A DNA stretch of 27,515 nt from Patescibacteria group bacterium (GCA_038062155.1 JBBTXU010000006.1:1-27515), one strand, 5' to 3'; numbered from the stretch's first letter, positions 9,153 to 18,070 are shown. A program made the numbers and translations. Notes: generated from the letters alone by a model not told the origin.

Positions 9153-10961
9153 ATGGCACTTTTTGACTTTTTAAAATCAAAAAAAGAAACGAAAGAAATC
9201 GGAACAGTGCTTCCGCAGGATGTCTATGCGGCAGAAGCACTTGACCTTAAAGATATTATTGCGCCGAGCGCGCTTAAGATAAATCCGAAAGAGCTCGCAT
9301 TGGGCGAGAAGATTGTCAGAAGCTTTTTCGTTATCTCTTACCCTAGATTTCTCGCCGAGAGCTGGTTTGCGCCAATTATCAACCTCGACAAGGTCTTTGA
9401 TATTTCAATTTTCATACATCCGATTGAAACTGCGACCATTCTCCGACAATTCCAAAAGAAAGTTGCCGAAGTACAGAGCCAAATCCATGAAAGGGAAGAG
9501 AAGGGGCTTGTGCGCGATCCCAAGCTTGACACCGCCTATCACGACCTTGAAGATCTGCGGGACAAACTTCAGCAGGCCCAGGAGCGCCTTTTTGACGTTG
9601 GACTCTATATTTCAATTTATGCGGGAAATGAAGACGAGCTCAATAAAACCGAGTCTGAAGTAAAATCCATCCTTGAATCAAAATTGGTCTATCTTAAGCC
9701 CGCTCTTTTTCAGCAAGAACAAGGGTATAAAAGTGTTTTGCCGCTTGGCACTGACCTGTTAAACGTTCATTCGAAATTTAACTCTTCCCCGCTTTCAAGC
9801 TTATTTCCATTCGTCTCTTTTGACCTCACGTCAGATAAAGGAATCCTCTATGGCATCAACCGCCATAACTCAAGCCTTGTTCTTTTTGACCGATTTTCCC
9901 TTGAAAACTACAATTCAGTGACATTTGCCAAGTCAGGCGCGGGAAAATCCTATGCAACAAAGCTTGAAATTCTGCGCAGCCTTATGTTTGACACCTCAAT
10001 CATCGTGATTGACCCGGAAAGAGAGTATGAATATATGGCGCAGGCAACCGGCGGCCGCTATTTCAAAATTTCCCTTACTTCAGAGCATCACATCAATCCG
10101 TTTGACCTACCCCTTCCACAACCAGGAGAGTCGTCAGCAAACATCTTGCGCTCAAATATCATCAATCTTGTCGGGCTCTTTCGTATCATGATGGGCGGGC
10201 TCACTCCGGAGGAGGATGCGATTATTGACCGAGCTATTACTGAAACATACGCTCTTAAAGACATTACCGCGGACTCCGATTTCTCTGCGGTAGACGCGCC
10301 ACTTCTCTCTGATTTTGAACTCGTGCTTTCAGGAATGGATGGAGGGGAATCTCTCGCGCAAAGACTCACCAAATACACCAAGGGAACGTGGTCGGGGTTC
10401 ATCAACCAGCCGACCAATATTGATATCAATAAGAAATTTGTTGTCTTTTCAGTTCGCGATATGGAGGATGAGCTCAAACCGGTTGCAATGTACATTATTA
10501 CCCACTATATCTGGAACGCTATCCGGAAAGAAATTAAAAAACGCCTCTTGGTGATTGATGAGGCGTGGTGGATGATGAAGTCTGAAGATACTGCGTCGTT
10601 CTTGTTAAGCTTGGTCAAGCGCGGTCGCAAATATTATTTGGGGGTTGCCACAATCACCCAGGACGTTGATGACTTTTTAAGCTCTCCTTACGGCCTCCCC
10701 ATTGTCACCAACTCTTCTATTCAAATGCTTCTCAAGCAAGCACCCCCCGCGGCTGAAAAGCTCCAGAAAATTTTCAACCTTACCGACGAAGAAAAGTATC
10801 TTCTTCTCGAATCTGACGTCGGCGAAGGCATATTCTTTGCGGGACTTAAGCATATAGCAATTAAAATCATTGCATCCTACACCGAAGACCAGATAATCAC
10901 CTCCGACCCGTCACAAATTCTCTCTATAGAAAAGGCTCGAAAGGACCTTGAGTCTGCATAA
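9153..10961 (+). CDS. virB4: VirB4/TraC-like type IV secretion ATPase
   Basis: Walker A FAKSGAGKS, IIVIDPEREY, HINPFDL, Walker B LLVIDEAWWMM, KRGRKYYLGVATITQDVDDF, GEGIFFAG. Confidence 0.9.
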   Translation: MALFDFLKSKKETKEIGTVLPQDVYAAEALDLKDIIAPSALKINPKELALGEKIVRSFFVISYPRFLAESWFAPIINLDKVFDISIFIHPIETATILRQFQKKVAEVQSQIHEREEKGLVRDPKLDTAYHDLEDLRDKLQQAQERLFDVGLYISIYAGNEDELNKTESEVKSILESKLVYLKPALFQQEQGYKSVLPLGTDLLNVHSKFNSSPLSSLFPFVSFDLTSDKGILYGINRHNSSLVLFDRFSLENYNSVTFAKSGAGKSYATKLEILRSLMFDTSIIVIDPEREYEYMAQATGGRYFKISLTSEHHINPFDLPLPQPGESSANILRSNIINLVGLFRIMMGGLTPEEDAIIDRAITETYALKDITADSDFSAVDAPLLSDFELVLSGMDGGESLAQRLTKYTKGTWSGFINQPTNIDINKKFVVFSVRDMEDELKPVAMYIITHYIWNAIRKEIKKRLLVIDEAWWMMKSEDTASFLLSLVKRGRKYYLGVATITQDVDDFLSSPYGLPIVTNSSIQMLLKQAPPAAEKLQKIFNLTDEEKYLLLESDVGEGIFFAGLKHIAIKIIASYTEDQIITSDPSQILSIEKARKDLESA

Positions 10962-10963
10962 TT

Positions 10964-11299
10964 ATGGAAGAAGAGCGCCCACAAAAGAAAAAGGGAGCTT
11001 TTTGGAGGCCGATTATTGCCGCGCTCTGTGTTGACCTTCTTCAAATGGGAGTCAATTTATTAAATTTTATCCCGGTGATAGGAATGATAATTGCAGTATC
11101 AATAAACTTTCTAGTGAGCGTTTTCGCCTTGCTTGGATTTTATACGTATTTCAAAATCCGGGGAGTGAATTTTGGCATTCCCAGAAAACTGCTCGGATTT
11201 GGCGGTGGGGTAGCTATTGAAATCATGCCCATACCCCTTTTAAGCGCTCTTCCAGGATGGACAATTGCAGTAGCGCTCGCTGCGGGCAAAGAGAAGTGA
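10964..11299 (+). CDS. Small integral membrane protein
   Basis: 111 aa, mostly hydrophobic, about 3 TM segments (IIAALCVDLLQMGV; IPVIGMIIAVSINFLVSVFALLGFY; AIEIMPIPLLSALPGWTIAVALA). Confidence 0.7.
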   Translation: MEEERPQKKKGAFWRPIIAALCVDLLQMGVNLLNFIPVIGMIIAVSINFLVSVFALLGFYTYFKIRGVNFGIPRKLLGFGGGVAIEIMPIPLLSALPGWTIAVALAAGKEK

Positions 11300-11327
11300 G
11301 AGAAGTTGCTATGATAGAATAAATACA

Positions 11328-12437
11328 ATGCGGGCGTACTTAAAAAAAGCGTTTTTTATATCTCTCTGTGCCACGTTTACGACCGTGAACTTCTCTTTTG
11401 CATATGCTCAAACACTCTTTCCAACTGACATCACGTCATCGATAAACCAGTTTCCAACTACTACACAACAGCAAATTAAGAGTGGGTTGGAGGCACTGAA
11501 GGAGGCGGCACAAAGTGCGGGAATAGAGCAGTATATTACTCTTTCAAGTAATCCAAAATACCCGAAGGCATATGAAACAGTCACTGTAAGTATTGAGGGG
11601 TTCTCTAATGAAGTAGGAGCTGCAGAGATTGAATGGAGGATAAATGGCGCTCGCGCAAGTCAAGGGAAGGGACAAAAAAACTTTTCATTCAAAACCGGCA
11701 CGTTGGGAAGCGTGTTTAATATTGAGGCTGTAATTGATACAGGAAGCGGCGCCCATATTGAAAAAAGTGTAACATTTTCTGCTTCTGATGTTGACCTCCT
11801 GTGGGAAGCAAATTCCTATGTACCTCCTTTTTATAAAGGAAAGGCTCTCTACCCACTGCAGGGAACCGTTGTGATAACGGCTCTGCCATCGGTATTTGAA
11901 AATGGAAGTAAGGTAAGTACAAAAAACCTTTTGTATACTTGGAAAAAAGATGGGTTAATACTTGGGAGCCTGTCGGGATATGGAAAAAACACACTCGCGA
12001 TTGAAGGTACATTCATTGGAAGCTCTGTTTCTGTTTCGGTGGAAGTGTCGTCAAGCGGTGGAGCTAAGGCAGCTGGCGCTATGAGTGTAAAACCACAGCT
12101 ACCGGAAGTGCTTTTGTACGAAGAGAGTCCTCTATATGGTGTACGCTTGGAAAGCGCGCTAAAATCTGCGTTTACAATGAAAGAAAAAGAAACAACCATT
12201 CTCTCAATTCCTTATTTCTTTAATCTTTCTGAGATAGGTGCGGGTGCTCTTGTGCGAACATGGGCCCTTAACGGAAAAACGATAGAAGGAAGGGAGAAAG
12301 AGGAGGCGGTTACCTTCAGACAGCCGGAGGAAGCGGGGTCATCTCAAGTGTCAGTAACAATTGATAACCCTTCAAAGGTCCTGCAATCAGCCCAGGGGAC
12401 CATGACACTGCGTTTCAATAAGACAAATACACAATAA
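11328..12437 (+). CDS. Secreted beta-rich (Ig-like repeats) hypothetical protein
   Basis: Signal peptide ending AYA-Q; repeated beta-strand modules (VTVSIEG...IEWRING; LYTWKKDG; RTWALNG...SQVSVTIDN). Confidence 0.65.
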   Translation: MRAYLKKAFFISLCATFTTVNFSFAYAQTLFPTDITSSINQFPTTTQQQIKSGLEALKEAAQSAGIEQYITLSSNPKYPKAYETVTVSIEGFSNEVGAAEIEWRINGARASQGKGQKNFSFKTGTLGSVFNIEAVIDTGSGAHIEKSVTFSASDVDLLWEANSYVPPFYKGKALYPLQGTVVITALPSVFENGSKVSTKNLLYTWKKDGLILGSLSGYGKNTLAIEGTFIGSSVSVSVEVSSSGGAKAAGAMSVKPQLPEVLLYEESPLYGVRLESALKSAFTMKEKETTILSIPYFFNLSEIGAGALVRTWALNGKTIEGREKEEAVTFRQPEEAGSSQVSVTIDNPSKVLQSAQGTMTLRFNKTNTQ

Positions 12438-12808
12438 TGAAACACTTTTTTCTTAAAACCTTTATCCTTTCGGTAATCTTCGTGGGGAAACTGGCACAAG
12501 CACAGAGGTTTCAATATCAGCCATTGGAGCCCTTACCAACACCCTCTGGAATTCAGATAAACTCCTCCGACATCGGGGCATACTTGCAAAATATTATCCA
12601 ACTCATCATAGGTATTGCCGGGGTGCTTGCGGTTATTATGATTGTGCTTGGAGGAGTCCAATACCTTTCAACAGATGCTATTGGTGGGAAACAGGACGGA
12701 AGAAAGAAAATTACTAATGCTCTGTGGGGACTCTTTCTTGCCGCCTTGGCGTGGCTTATTCTCAATACCATCAACCCGACACTGCTTGATATTAAAATCG
12801 GAAATTAA
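12437..12808 (+). CDS. TrbC/VirB2-like (T4SS-type) pilin
   Basis: Signal peptide (AQA-Q), then IGAYLQNIIQLIIGIAGVLAVIMIVLGGVQYLST...GRKKITNALWGLFLAALAWLILNTINP: two hydrophobic helices joined by a short basic loop. Confidence 0.8.
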   Translation: MKHFFLKTFILSVIFVGKLAQAQRFQYQPLEPLPTPSGIQINSSDIGAYLQNIIQLIIGIAGVLAVIMIVLGGVQYLSTDAIGGKQDGRKKITNALWGLFLAALAWLILNTINPTLLDIKIGN

Positions 12809-12810
12809 TC

Positions 12811-14055
12811 ATGAGAAAGGGAATTATAATTTCAGTTGTCGCCTTGGCAATTTTCGCCGCTCTGTGGTGGTACGTATCTTCTGTGTCACCCGCACCCTCG
12901 GAAGAAACGGGTACTGTGGGAGAGAGCGGATTTTCTTTGAGGAAATTCTTTCCGTTCGGGCAAGGAAGTACTGGGACAGAGAACCCAACTGGTAATACTG
13001 CGGATACAGGAAATACGACAGTAGAAGAAAATGTGGCAGGTCTTCCTGTGCCGGATCTTCGGAAAGTATCGGAGAGCCCGGTAGCGGGTGCTGTCGCGAT
13101 TGGGACAGGGACTTCAACAGTGATTCGATACCTTGATAAGGGAACAGGTCACATATACGATACGGGTACTAATTCACTCGCTCAGGAAAAAGTGTCCAAT
13201 ACAACAATACCGAAGGTTCACAGCGCTCTCTGGCTCTCAAAGGGCGAGTCGTTGGTGATGAGATATGTGAGAGACGACAGAGCAACGGTTGAGAGTTTTT
13301 ATGCAAAGCTCACCGCTTCAAAAACGCAAGGGAACGAAACCCTTAAGGAGCTTGAGGGAGTATTTCTTCAGAAAAACATAAAAGAAATTTCAGTATCACC
13401 AAACAAAACTCGTATTTTTTCTCTCATAAAGAATGGTACCAAGGGTACAGGGGTCATTTCCTTAGGGGACGGAAGCAAAAAAACTTCTTTTGATCTCCCT
13501 TTTTATGAATTCACTCCCTATTGGGGGGCAGAGGGCTCTATAACCCTCACCACGAAAGCAAGCGTGCGGGTACTAGGGTACGCATATACCCTCAATACCA
13601 GTACAGGTTCTTTTTCAAAGCTATTTGGGGGTGTGAGTGGACTTACCACACGAACAAATAATGATGGGGCCAAAGTACTCTTCGCTGACAACAGTCTCGC
13701 TCTTTCTGTGTTCGATACGGCAAAAGGAGGAGTAAGCTCGCTTCCTCTTAAAACACTTCCTGAAAAGTGTGTGTGGAGCAGTAAAGACAAAAATACTCTC
13801 TATTGCGCGGTGCCTATAAGCATCCCAATGGGTGACTATCCTGATGCGTGGTACCAAGGAGTAGTTTCTTTCTCTGACGGGCTCTGGAAAATCAATATTT
13901 TAACGGGAGAAACTACATTAGTTGCCGATTTTGGAAAACAAGGAAAAGATATTGATGCGACAGAGCTTCTTCTCACACCCCAAGAAAATTTCCTTGTGTT
14001 TTTGAATAAAAAAGATTCTTCGCTCTGGATTCTCAAAATTGTAAGCGAAATCTAA
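12811..14055 (+). CDS. Membrane-anchored extracellular protein, probably beta-propeller-like
   Basis: N-terminal TM (IIISVVALAIFAALWWYV), a Thr/Gly/Glu linker, then short beta-strand repeats (ISVSPNKTRIFS; VLFAD; LPEKCVWSSKDKNTLYCAVP; WYQGVVSFSDGLWKIN). Confidence 0.6.
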   Translation: MRKGIIISVVALAIFAALWWYVSSVSPAPSEETGTVGESGFSLRKFFPFGQGSTGTENPTGNTADTGNTTVEENVAGLPVPDLRKVSESPVAGAVAIGTGTSTVIRYLDKGTGHIYDTGTNSLAQEKVSNTTIPKVHSALWLSKGESLVMRYVRDDRATVESFYAKLTASKTQGNETLKELEGVFLQKNIKEISVSPNKTRIFSLIKNGTKGTGVISLGDGSKKTSFDLPFYEFTPYWGAEGSITLTTKASVRVLGYAYTLNTSTGSFSKLFGGVSGLTTRTNNDGAKVLFADNSLALSVFDTAKGGVSSLPLKTLPEKCVWSSKDKNTLYCAVPISIPMGDYPDAWYQGVVSFSDGLWKINILTGETTLVADFGKQGKDIDATELLLTPQENFLVFLNKKDSSLWILKIVSEI

Positions 14056-14765
14056 GAGATTTTTTTCTCGACCGTCATTCTCTTTCTTAAGAAAAGTTCC
14101 TGAACGACACTGAACATGTTGCTGGTAATCCAGTAGAGGCTTATTGCCGCTGAAAGCTGATATGAAATGAACCCCGTAAGAACGGGAAACATATACCTCA
14201 TTTGCAGCTGGAGACTTTTGGTGAACGCGTTGTCAGCCGAACCCGGAGCTGTTGGCATAAAATAGGACTGCAGGAAACCTGAAGCACCCACAAGAATTGC
14301 AAGTAAAATGTTTTTCCCTGCAACATCAACAAGACCCAGAAAAAGAAGGTTTATTGAGGCAGGTGGCGCTATAAACGAATAGAGAGACACGGTATCGATT
14401 GTAGAAAACCCCCTTTGAAATACGAAATAGAGCGCCAAGATTATTGGAAGTTGAGCAAGCGCAAGAATAATTCCTGAGAAAGGATTTATATTATTCTGCT
14501 TGTAGAGAGTGAGGAGATGTTCGGCTTGCTGTTGAGAGTTGCCTTTGTGTTTTTCTTTAAGGGCCTTTATTTCAGGGTCGAGAACCTTAAGCGCGTTTTG
14601 CGTTCTCATCATACTGCGGGAAAGCGGAAAGAGTGCGAGCCGAACCAAAAAGGTAAAGAGGATAACGGCGACTCCGGCATCAAGAAAGGGAAGAAGTGAC
14701 ATGAGTCCAATAAGCGCATTATAGAGAGGTTGGTAGAAAACTGCGTTGAAGATATTGGAAATCAT
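14052..14765 (-). CDS. yidC: YidC/Oxa1 membrane protein insertase (short form)
   Basis: AVILFTFLVRLALFPL, DPEIKALKEKHK...LYKQNNINPFSG, LAQLPIILALYFV, AAISLYWITSNMFSVVQE; context next to rnpA-rpmH. Confidence 0.95.
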   Translation of the reverse strand: MISNIFNAVFYQPLYNALIGLMSLLPFLDAGVAVILFTFLVRLALFPLSRSMMRTQNALKVLDPEIKALKEKHKGNSQQQAEHLLTLYKQNNINPFSGIILALAQLPIILALYFVFQRGFSTIDTVSLYSFIAPPASINLLFLGLVDVAGKNILLAILVGASGFLQSYFMPTAPGSADNAFTKSLQLQMRYMFPVLTGFISYQLSAAISLYWITSNMFSVVQELFLRKRMTVEKKIS

Positions 14766-14796
14766 CTTGATAGTGTATATAAAATTAAGGTTTCAC

Positions 14797-15117
14797 TCAA
14801 TTAAGGCTTTCGAGGACGCGCCTCATAGAGCTCTCTATGTTCTGAACGGACTCTTCTTTACCCGCGCTCTTAAGAATAAAAACCACGGTATGTGTGTGTT
14901 GAAGAGGCCCAACAGAAGCGAGTGCTCTATATGCTTTTCTTTTCAGAGCGACCCGCTTAACTGCGGAAGGAGCGACTGAAGATGGTACGATAATCGAATA
15001 ACGAGCGACACCGCTCTTTAGTGTACGCACAGAAAAGAGGGGAAAGTGGTATACAGAGCCTTCCGTAAAAACTTTTTTTATAAGTTCTGTGTCCGCTTTA
15101 CTTTTACGCGGAATCAT
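14797..15117 (-). CDS. rnpA: Ribonuclease P protein component (divergent RNR motif)
   Basis: 106 aa between rpmH and yidC; RYSIIVPSSVAPSAVKRVALKRKAYRAL aligns with the RNR-helix region; VVFILK strand. Confidence 0.85.
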   Translation of the reverse strand: MIPRKSKADTELIKKVFTEGSVYHFPLFSVRTLKSGVARYSIIVPSSVAPSAVKRVALKRKAYRALASVGPLQHTHTVVFILKSAGKEESVQNIESSMRRVLESLN

Positions 15118-15125
15118 TGGAGAAA

Positions 15126-15272
15126 TTAGCGGGACGCAGAAACCGAGAGAGATTTTCTTCCTTTTCTGCGACGGCGGGTAATAACACGCTTTCCTCCAGG
15201 ACGTCTCTGGCGCACTAAAAATCCGTGTGATTTAAGCCTTTTTCTCTTTTTAGGTTGATATGTTTGAGACAT
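15126..15272 (-). CDS. rpmH: 50S ribosomal protein L34
   Basis: Manual translation, below the ORF-track cutoff: [48 protein letters not shown] (48 aa). Confidence 0.97.
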   Translation of the reverse strand: MSQTYQPKKRKRLKSHGFLVRQRRPGGKRVITRRRRKGRKSLSVSASR

Positions 15273-15323
15273 AATTCGGAACTATACGCTATTTTAAGCT
15301 TCAACTCAAGAGAGTGCCTTTAG

Positions 15324-15351
15324 TCACAACATATCAACATTGTATCAACAT
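15324..15351. promoter_or_regulatory. Tandem DnaA-box-like sites upstream of dnaA
   Basis: ATATCAACA (15331-15339) and GTATCAACA (15342-15350), each 2 mismatches to TTATCCACA; CAACAT occurs three times in 28 bp. Confidence 0.5.
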
Positions 15352-15422
15352 AAATAAAAAGAAAGGGAAGTTTCAGAAAGTTTAATTAGGTCTATAATTC
15401 ACTACACGAAAGTAACGCATAT

Positions 15423-16763
15423 ATGGATTCTAAAAAACTTTGGGAGAGCGTGCTGACAGAAATAGAGCTTAATGTCTCGAAGGCAACGTTTAGTACTTGG
15501 TTTAAGGATACGGTAATCTCCAAGGAGGAAGAGGGAACTATATACCTGTGCGTCCCGAGCATGTTCGTCAAAGAATGGCTCTACACCAAGTACCACAACC
15601 TAATTTTGCGTAATTTAAGGACATTTTCGGACACCATTAGATCAGTTGAGTACATAGTTTCAAGGGGAGAGGAGCGAAAGAGACCGGAGGAGCGGGTGCG
15701 AGAAGTAGTCCCTGATGAGTTGCCGTTAAGCGATCTCTACATTAATAAGGAGGATAATCTCAACCCACGGTATACATTTGAATCGTTTGTGGTGGGGCCA
15801 TTTAACGAGCTCGCGCACGCAGCGGCCCAGGCGGTGATAAAAAAACCAGGAATTATATACAACCCCCTTTTCATATATGGAAACACCGGCCACGGAAAAA
15901 CCCACCTTATACAAGCAATCGGCAACTACATAAAAACAACTAGCAGTGATAAGAGAGTTCACTATGTCACGTCGGAAAAATTCGCATTAGACTATATAAA
16001 TTCTGTTCAAACAAATCGAACTAATTATTTTAAGCAAAAGTACCGAAAATATGATGTGGTGATAATGGATGACATTCATTTTCTCTCTAATAAAGAAAAA
16101 ACTCAAGAGGAACTTTTTCATCTGTTCAATAACTTATATGACGACAATAAACAAATTATATTTTCTTCAGACAAGCACCCAAACTATATCCCCCATCTTG
16201 AAGAGAGGTTGAAGTCCCGCTTTGCCGCGGGGATGATTATAGACATTCCAACACCAGACCAAGAGTCCCGAGGAGCAATTCTGCGTGCTAAGGCAAAAAC
16301 ACATAATTTCACCTTAACTGACGAGGTGCTTGAATTTCTTGCGTCAAATATTTCAAGTAATATTAGAGAGCTTGAGGGGGTGCTCAACACCATTATGTTC
16401 CAAACTCAAGTAAAGGGGAGAGAATTAGCCCTCTCTGAAGTGAGGGTGCTTATAAAAGACAGTAATAAACAGAAACGGGTTATATCAGCTAAAGAAGTAA
16501 TAAAGATAATTGCTGATTTTTACAATATTGATGAGGAGAATATTTACCGAAAAACCCGTAAAAAGGAAATTATTAAGCCTCGTCAAGTAACAATGTATTT
16601 ACTTAGAGAGGATTTTAATATTTCCTACCCTTCTATAGGGGAAAAGTTAGGTGGAAGAGACCATGCAACAATTATTCATTCTTGTGAGAAGATAAAAAAT
16701 GAGTTGAAAGGTAATATATTATTAGGGCAGGAGCTTAATCAAATTAGGGCGTTACTTATATAA
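15423..16763 (+). CDS. dnaA: Chromosomal replication initiator DnaA
   Basis: ATFSTWF, LNPRYTFESFVVG, YNPLFIYGNTGHGKTHL, VIMDDIHF, QEELFHLFN, RLKSRF, NIRELEG, IGEKLGGRDHATIIHS. Confidence 0.98.
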   Translation: MDSKKLWESVLTEIELNVSKATFSTWFKDTVISKEEEGTIYLCVPSMFVKEWLYTKYHNLILRNLRTFSDTIRSVEYIVSRGEERKRPEERVREVVPDELPLSDLYINKEDNLNPRYTFESFVVGPFNELAHAAAQAVIKKPGIIYNPLFIYGNTGHGKTHLIQAIGNYIKTTSSDKRVHYVTSEKFALDYINSVQTNRTNYFKQKYRKYDVVIMDDIHFLSNKEKTQEELFHLFNNLYDDNKQIIFSSDKHPNYIPHLEERLKSRFAAGMIIDIPTPDQESRGAILRAKAKTHNFTLTDEVLEFLASNISSNIRELEGVLNTIMFQTQVKGRELALSEVRVLIKDSNKQKRVISAKEVIKIIADFYNIDEENIYRKTRKKEIIKPRQVTMYLLREDFNISYPSIGEKLGGRDHATIIHSCEKIKNELKGNILLGQELNQIRALLI

Positions 16764-16968
16764 ATAAGGTGTGGAAAACAGATATATAATATGTTGATAA
16801 AATTAAAAAAAATAATAAAAAATAAAGGAAAAGAGGGTGTGTTAACATTTCATACATTCTTACAAACTTCTTATTATATTTTGAAACTTAAATATAAGGC
16901 TATCTTTCAAACTGTTTTCTTTCTACCAACATATCCACAGAGCTAATAATAGTATTAAGTATTTATAT
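16764..16968. other. Putative oriC with DnaA boxes and a DnaA-trio unwinding element
   Basis: AT-rich dnaA-dnaN gap with TGTGGAAAA (16770-16778), TGTTGATAA (16792-16800) and ATATCCACA (16931-16939), each 1 mismatch to the DnaA box. The last is followed by GAG and five NTA triplets (CTA ATA ATA GTA TTA, 16943-16957). Confidence 0.85.
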
Positions 16969-18069
16969 ATGAAATTAGAATGTATAATAGATAAACTTTA
17001 CTCCGCAGTAATAAAAGCGAATAGAATTTCAGGGAAAAAACTTTCTCTTCTTATTCTTAATAATATCTCTCTTAAAGCTAAGGATAATATATTAACAATA
17101 CAAGCAACTAATTTAGATGTTGGAATTAAAATCACTATTCCGGTAAAAATATATATAGAAGGAGAAATTATTATTTCTGGATCTATCCTTTCATCTTTTC
17201 TTAGTAATTTGAAAAATGACCAAAGTGTTATGTTAGAGAAAAAAGAAACAACTCTTTCTTTAAATACTAAAAAAACATCAACATTAATTAAATTACATCC
17301 TGAAACTGATTTTCCTACTATTCCTCAAACTAAAAAAACACATATAATTATTGTTAATAATAAAGAGTTATTAATAGGACTTAGGGCAGTGTGGTATGGC
17401 GCGACTAATATAAATATCAAACCAGAGCTTTCGAGTGTATATATGTCGCTTTCAGATAACACAATTACATTTGTTTCAACAGACTCATTCCGTCTCGCGG
17501 AAAAGAAAATTAAATGTAAAACAGTTGATAAAATTGAGCCTGTTCTTATCCCAATAAAGAATGTTTCTGAAATTATCAGTATTTTTGAGGAAGTGAATGG
17601 AGATATTGAAATAGTTGTTGATAAAAATCAAATAAGCTTTTTCTCTCAAAATCTTTTTCTTACCTCTCGTCTTGTAGTGGGCACGTTTCCTGATTACCAA
17701 CAAATAATACCTCGCATACCACTTACTTCAATTATTATCTTGAAAGAAGATTTGCTCAGCGCGCTTAATATGTCCCAAATATTCTCAGACAAGTTCAATC
17801 AAGTGAAAATAAGTGCTCTTATAAAGGATAAAAAGCTTGAAATTGTGACAAAAAATTCAGACATAGGAGAAAATACAACCTACATAGATTCAACCGTCTC
17901 CGGAGAAGACGTTTCTATTAATTTTAACCATAAGTATATAAAGGAATGTTTTCAGTCGCTGTACGGCGACAGCGTCTCTCTTGAATTAAGTGGGGTGGGG
18001 AAGCCTATGGTGATAAGAAGTGTGGGAGACAAGTCATTTCTCTATCTTGTGATGCCGATGAGTAAATAA
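16969..18069 (+). CDS. dnaN: DNA polymerase III beta sliding clamp
   Basis: IQATNLDVGI, DFPTIP, FVSTDSFRLAE, SRLVVGTFPDYQQIIP, INFNHKYI, YLVMPM; directly downstream of dnaA. Confidence 0.96.
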   Translation: MKLECIIDKLYSAVIKANRISGKKLSLLILNNISLKAKDNILTIQATNLDVGIKITIPVKIYIEGEIIISGSILSSFLSNLKNDQSVMLEKKETTLSLNTKKTSTLIKLHPETDFPTIPQTKKTHIIIVNNKELLIGLRAVWYGATNINIKPELSSVYMSLSDNTITFVSTDSFRLAEKKIKCKTVDKIEPVLIPIKNVSEIISIFEEVNGDIEIVVDKNQISFFSQNLFLTSRLVVGTFPDYQQIIPRIPLTSIIILKEDLLSALNMSQIFSDKFNQVKISALIKDKKLEIVTKNSDIGENTTYIDSTVSGEDVSINFNHKYIKECFQSLYGDSVSLELSGVGKPMVIRSVGDKSFLYLVMPMSK

Positions 18070-18070
18070 C

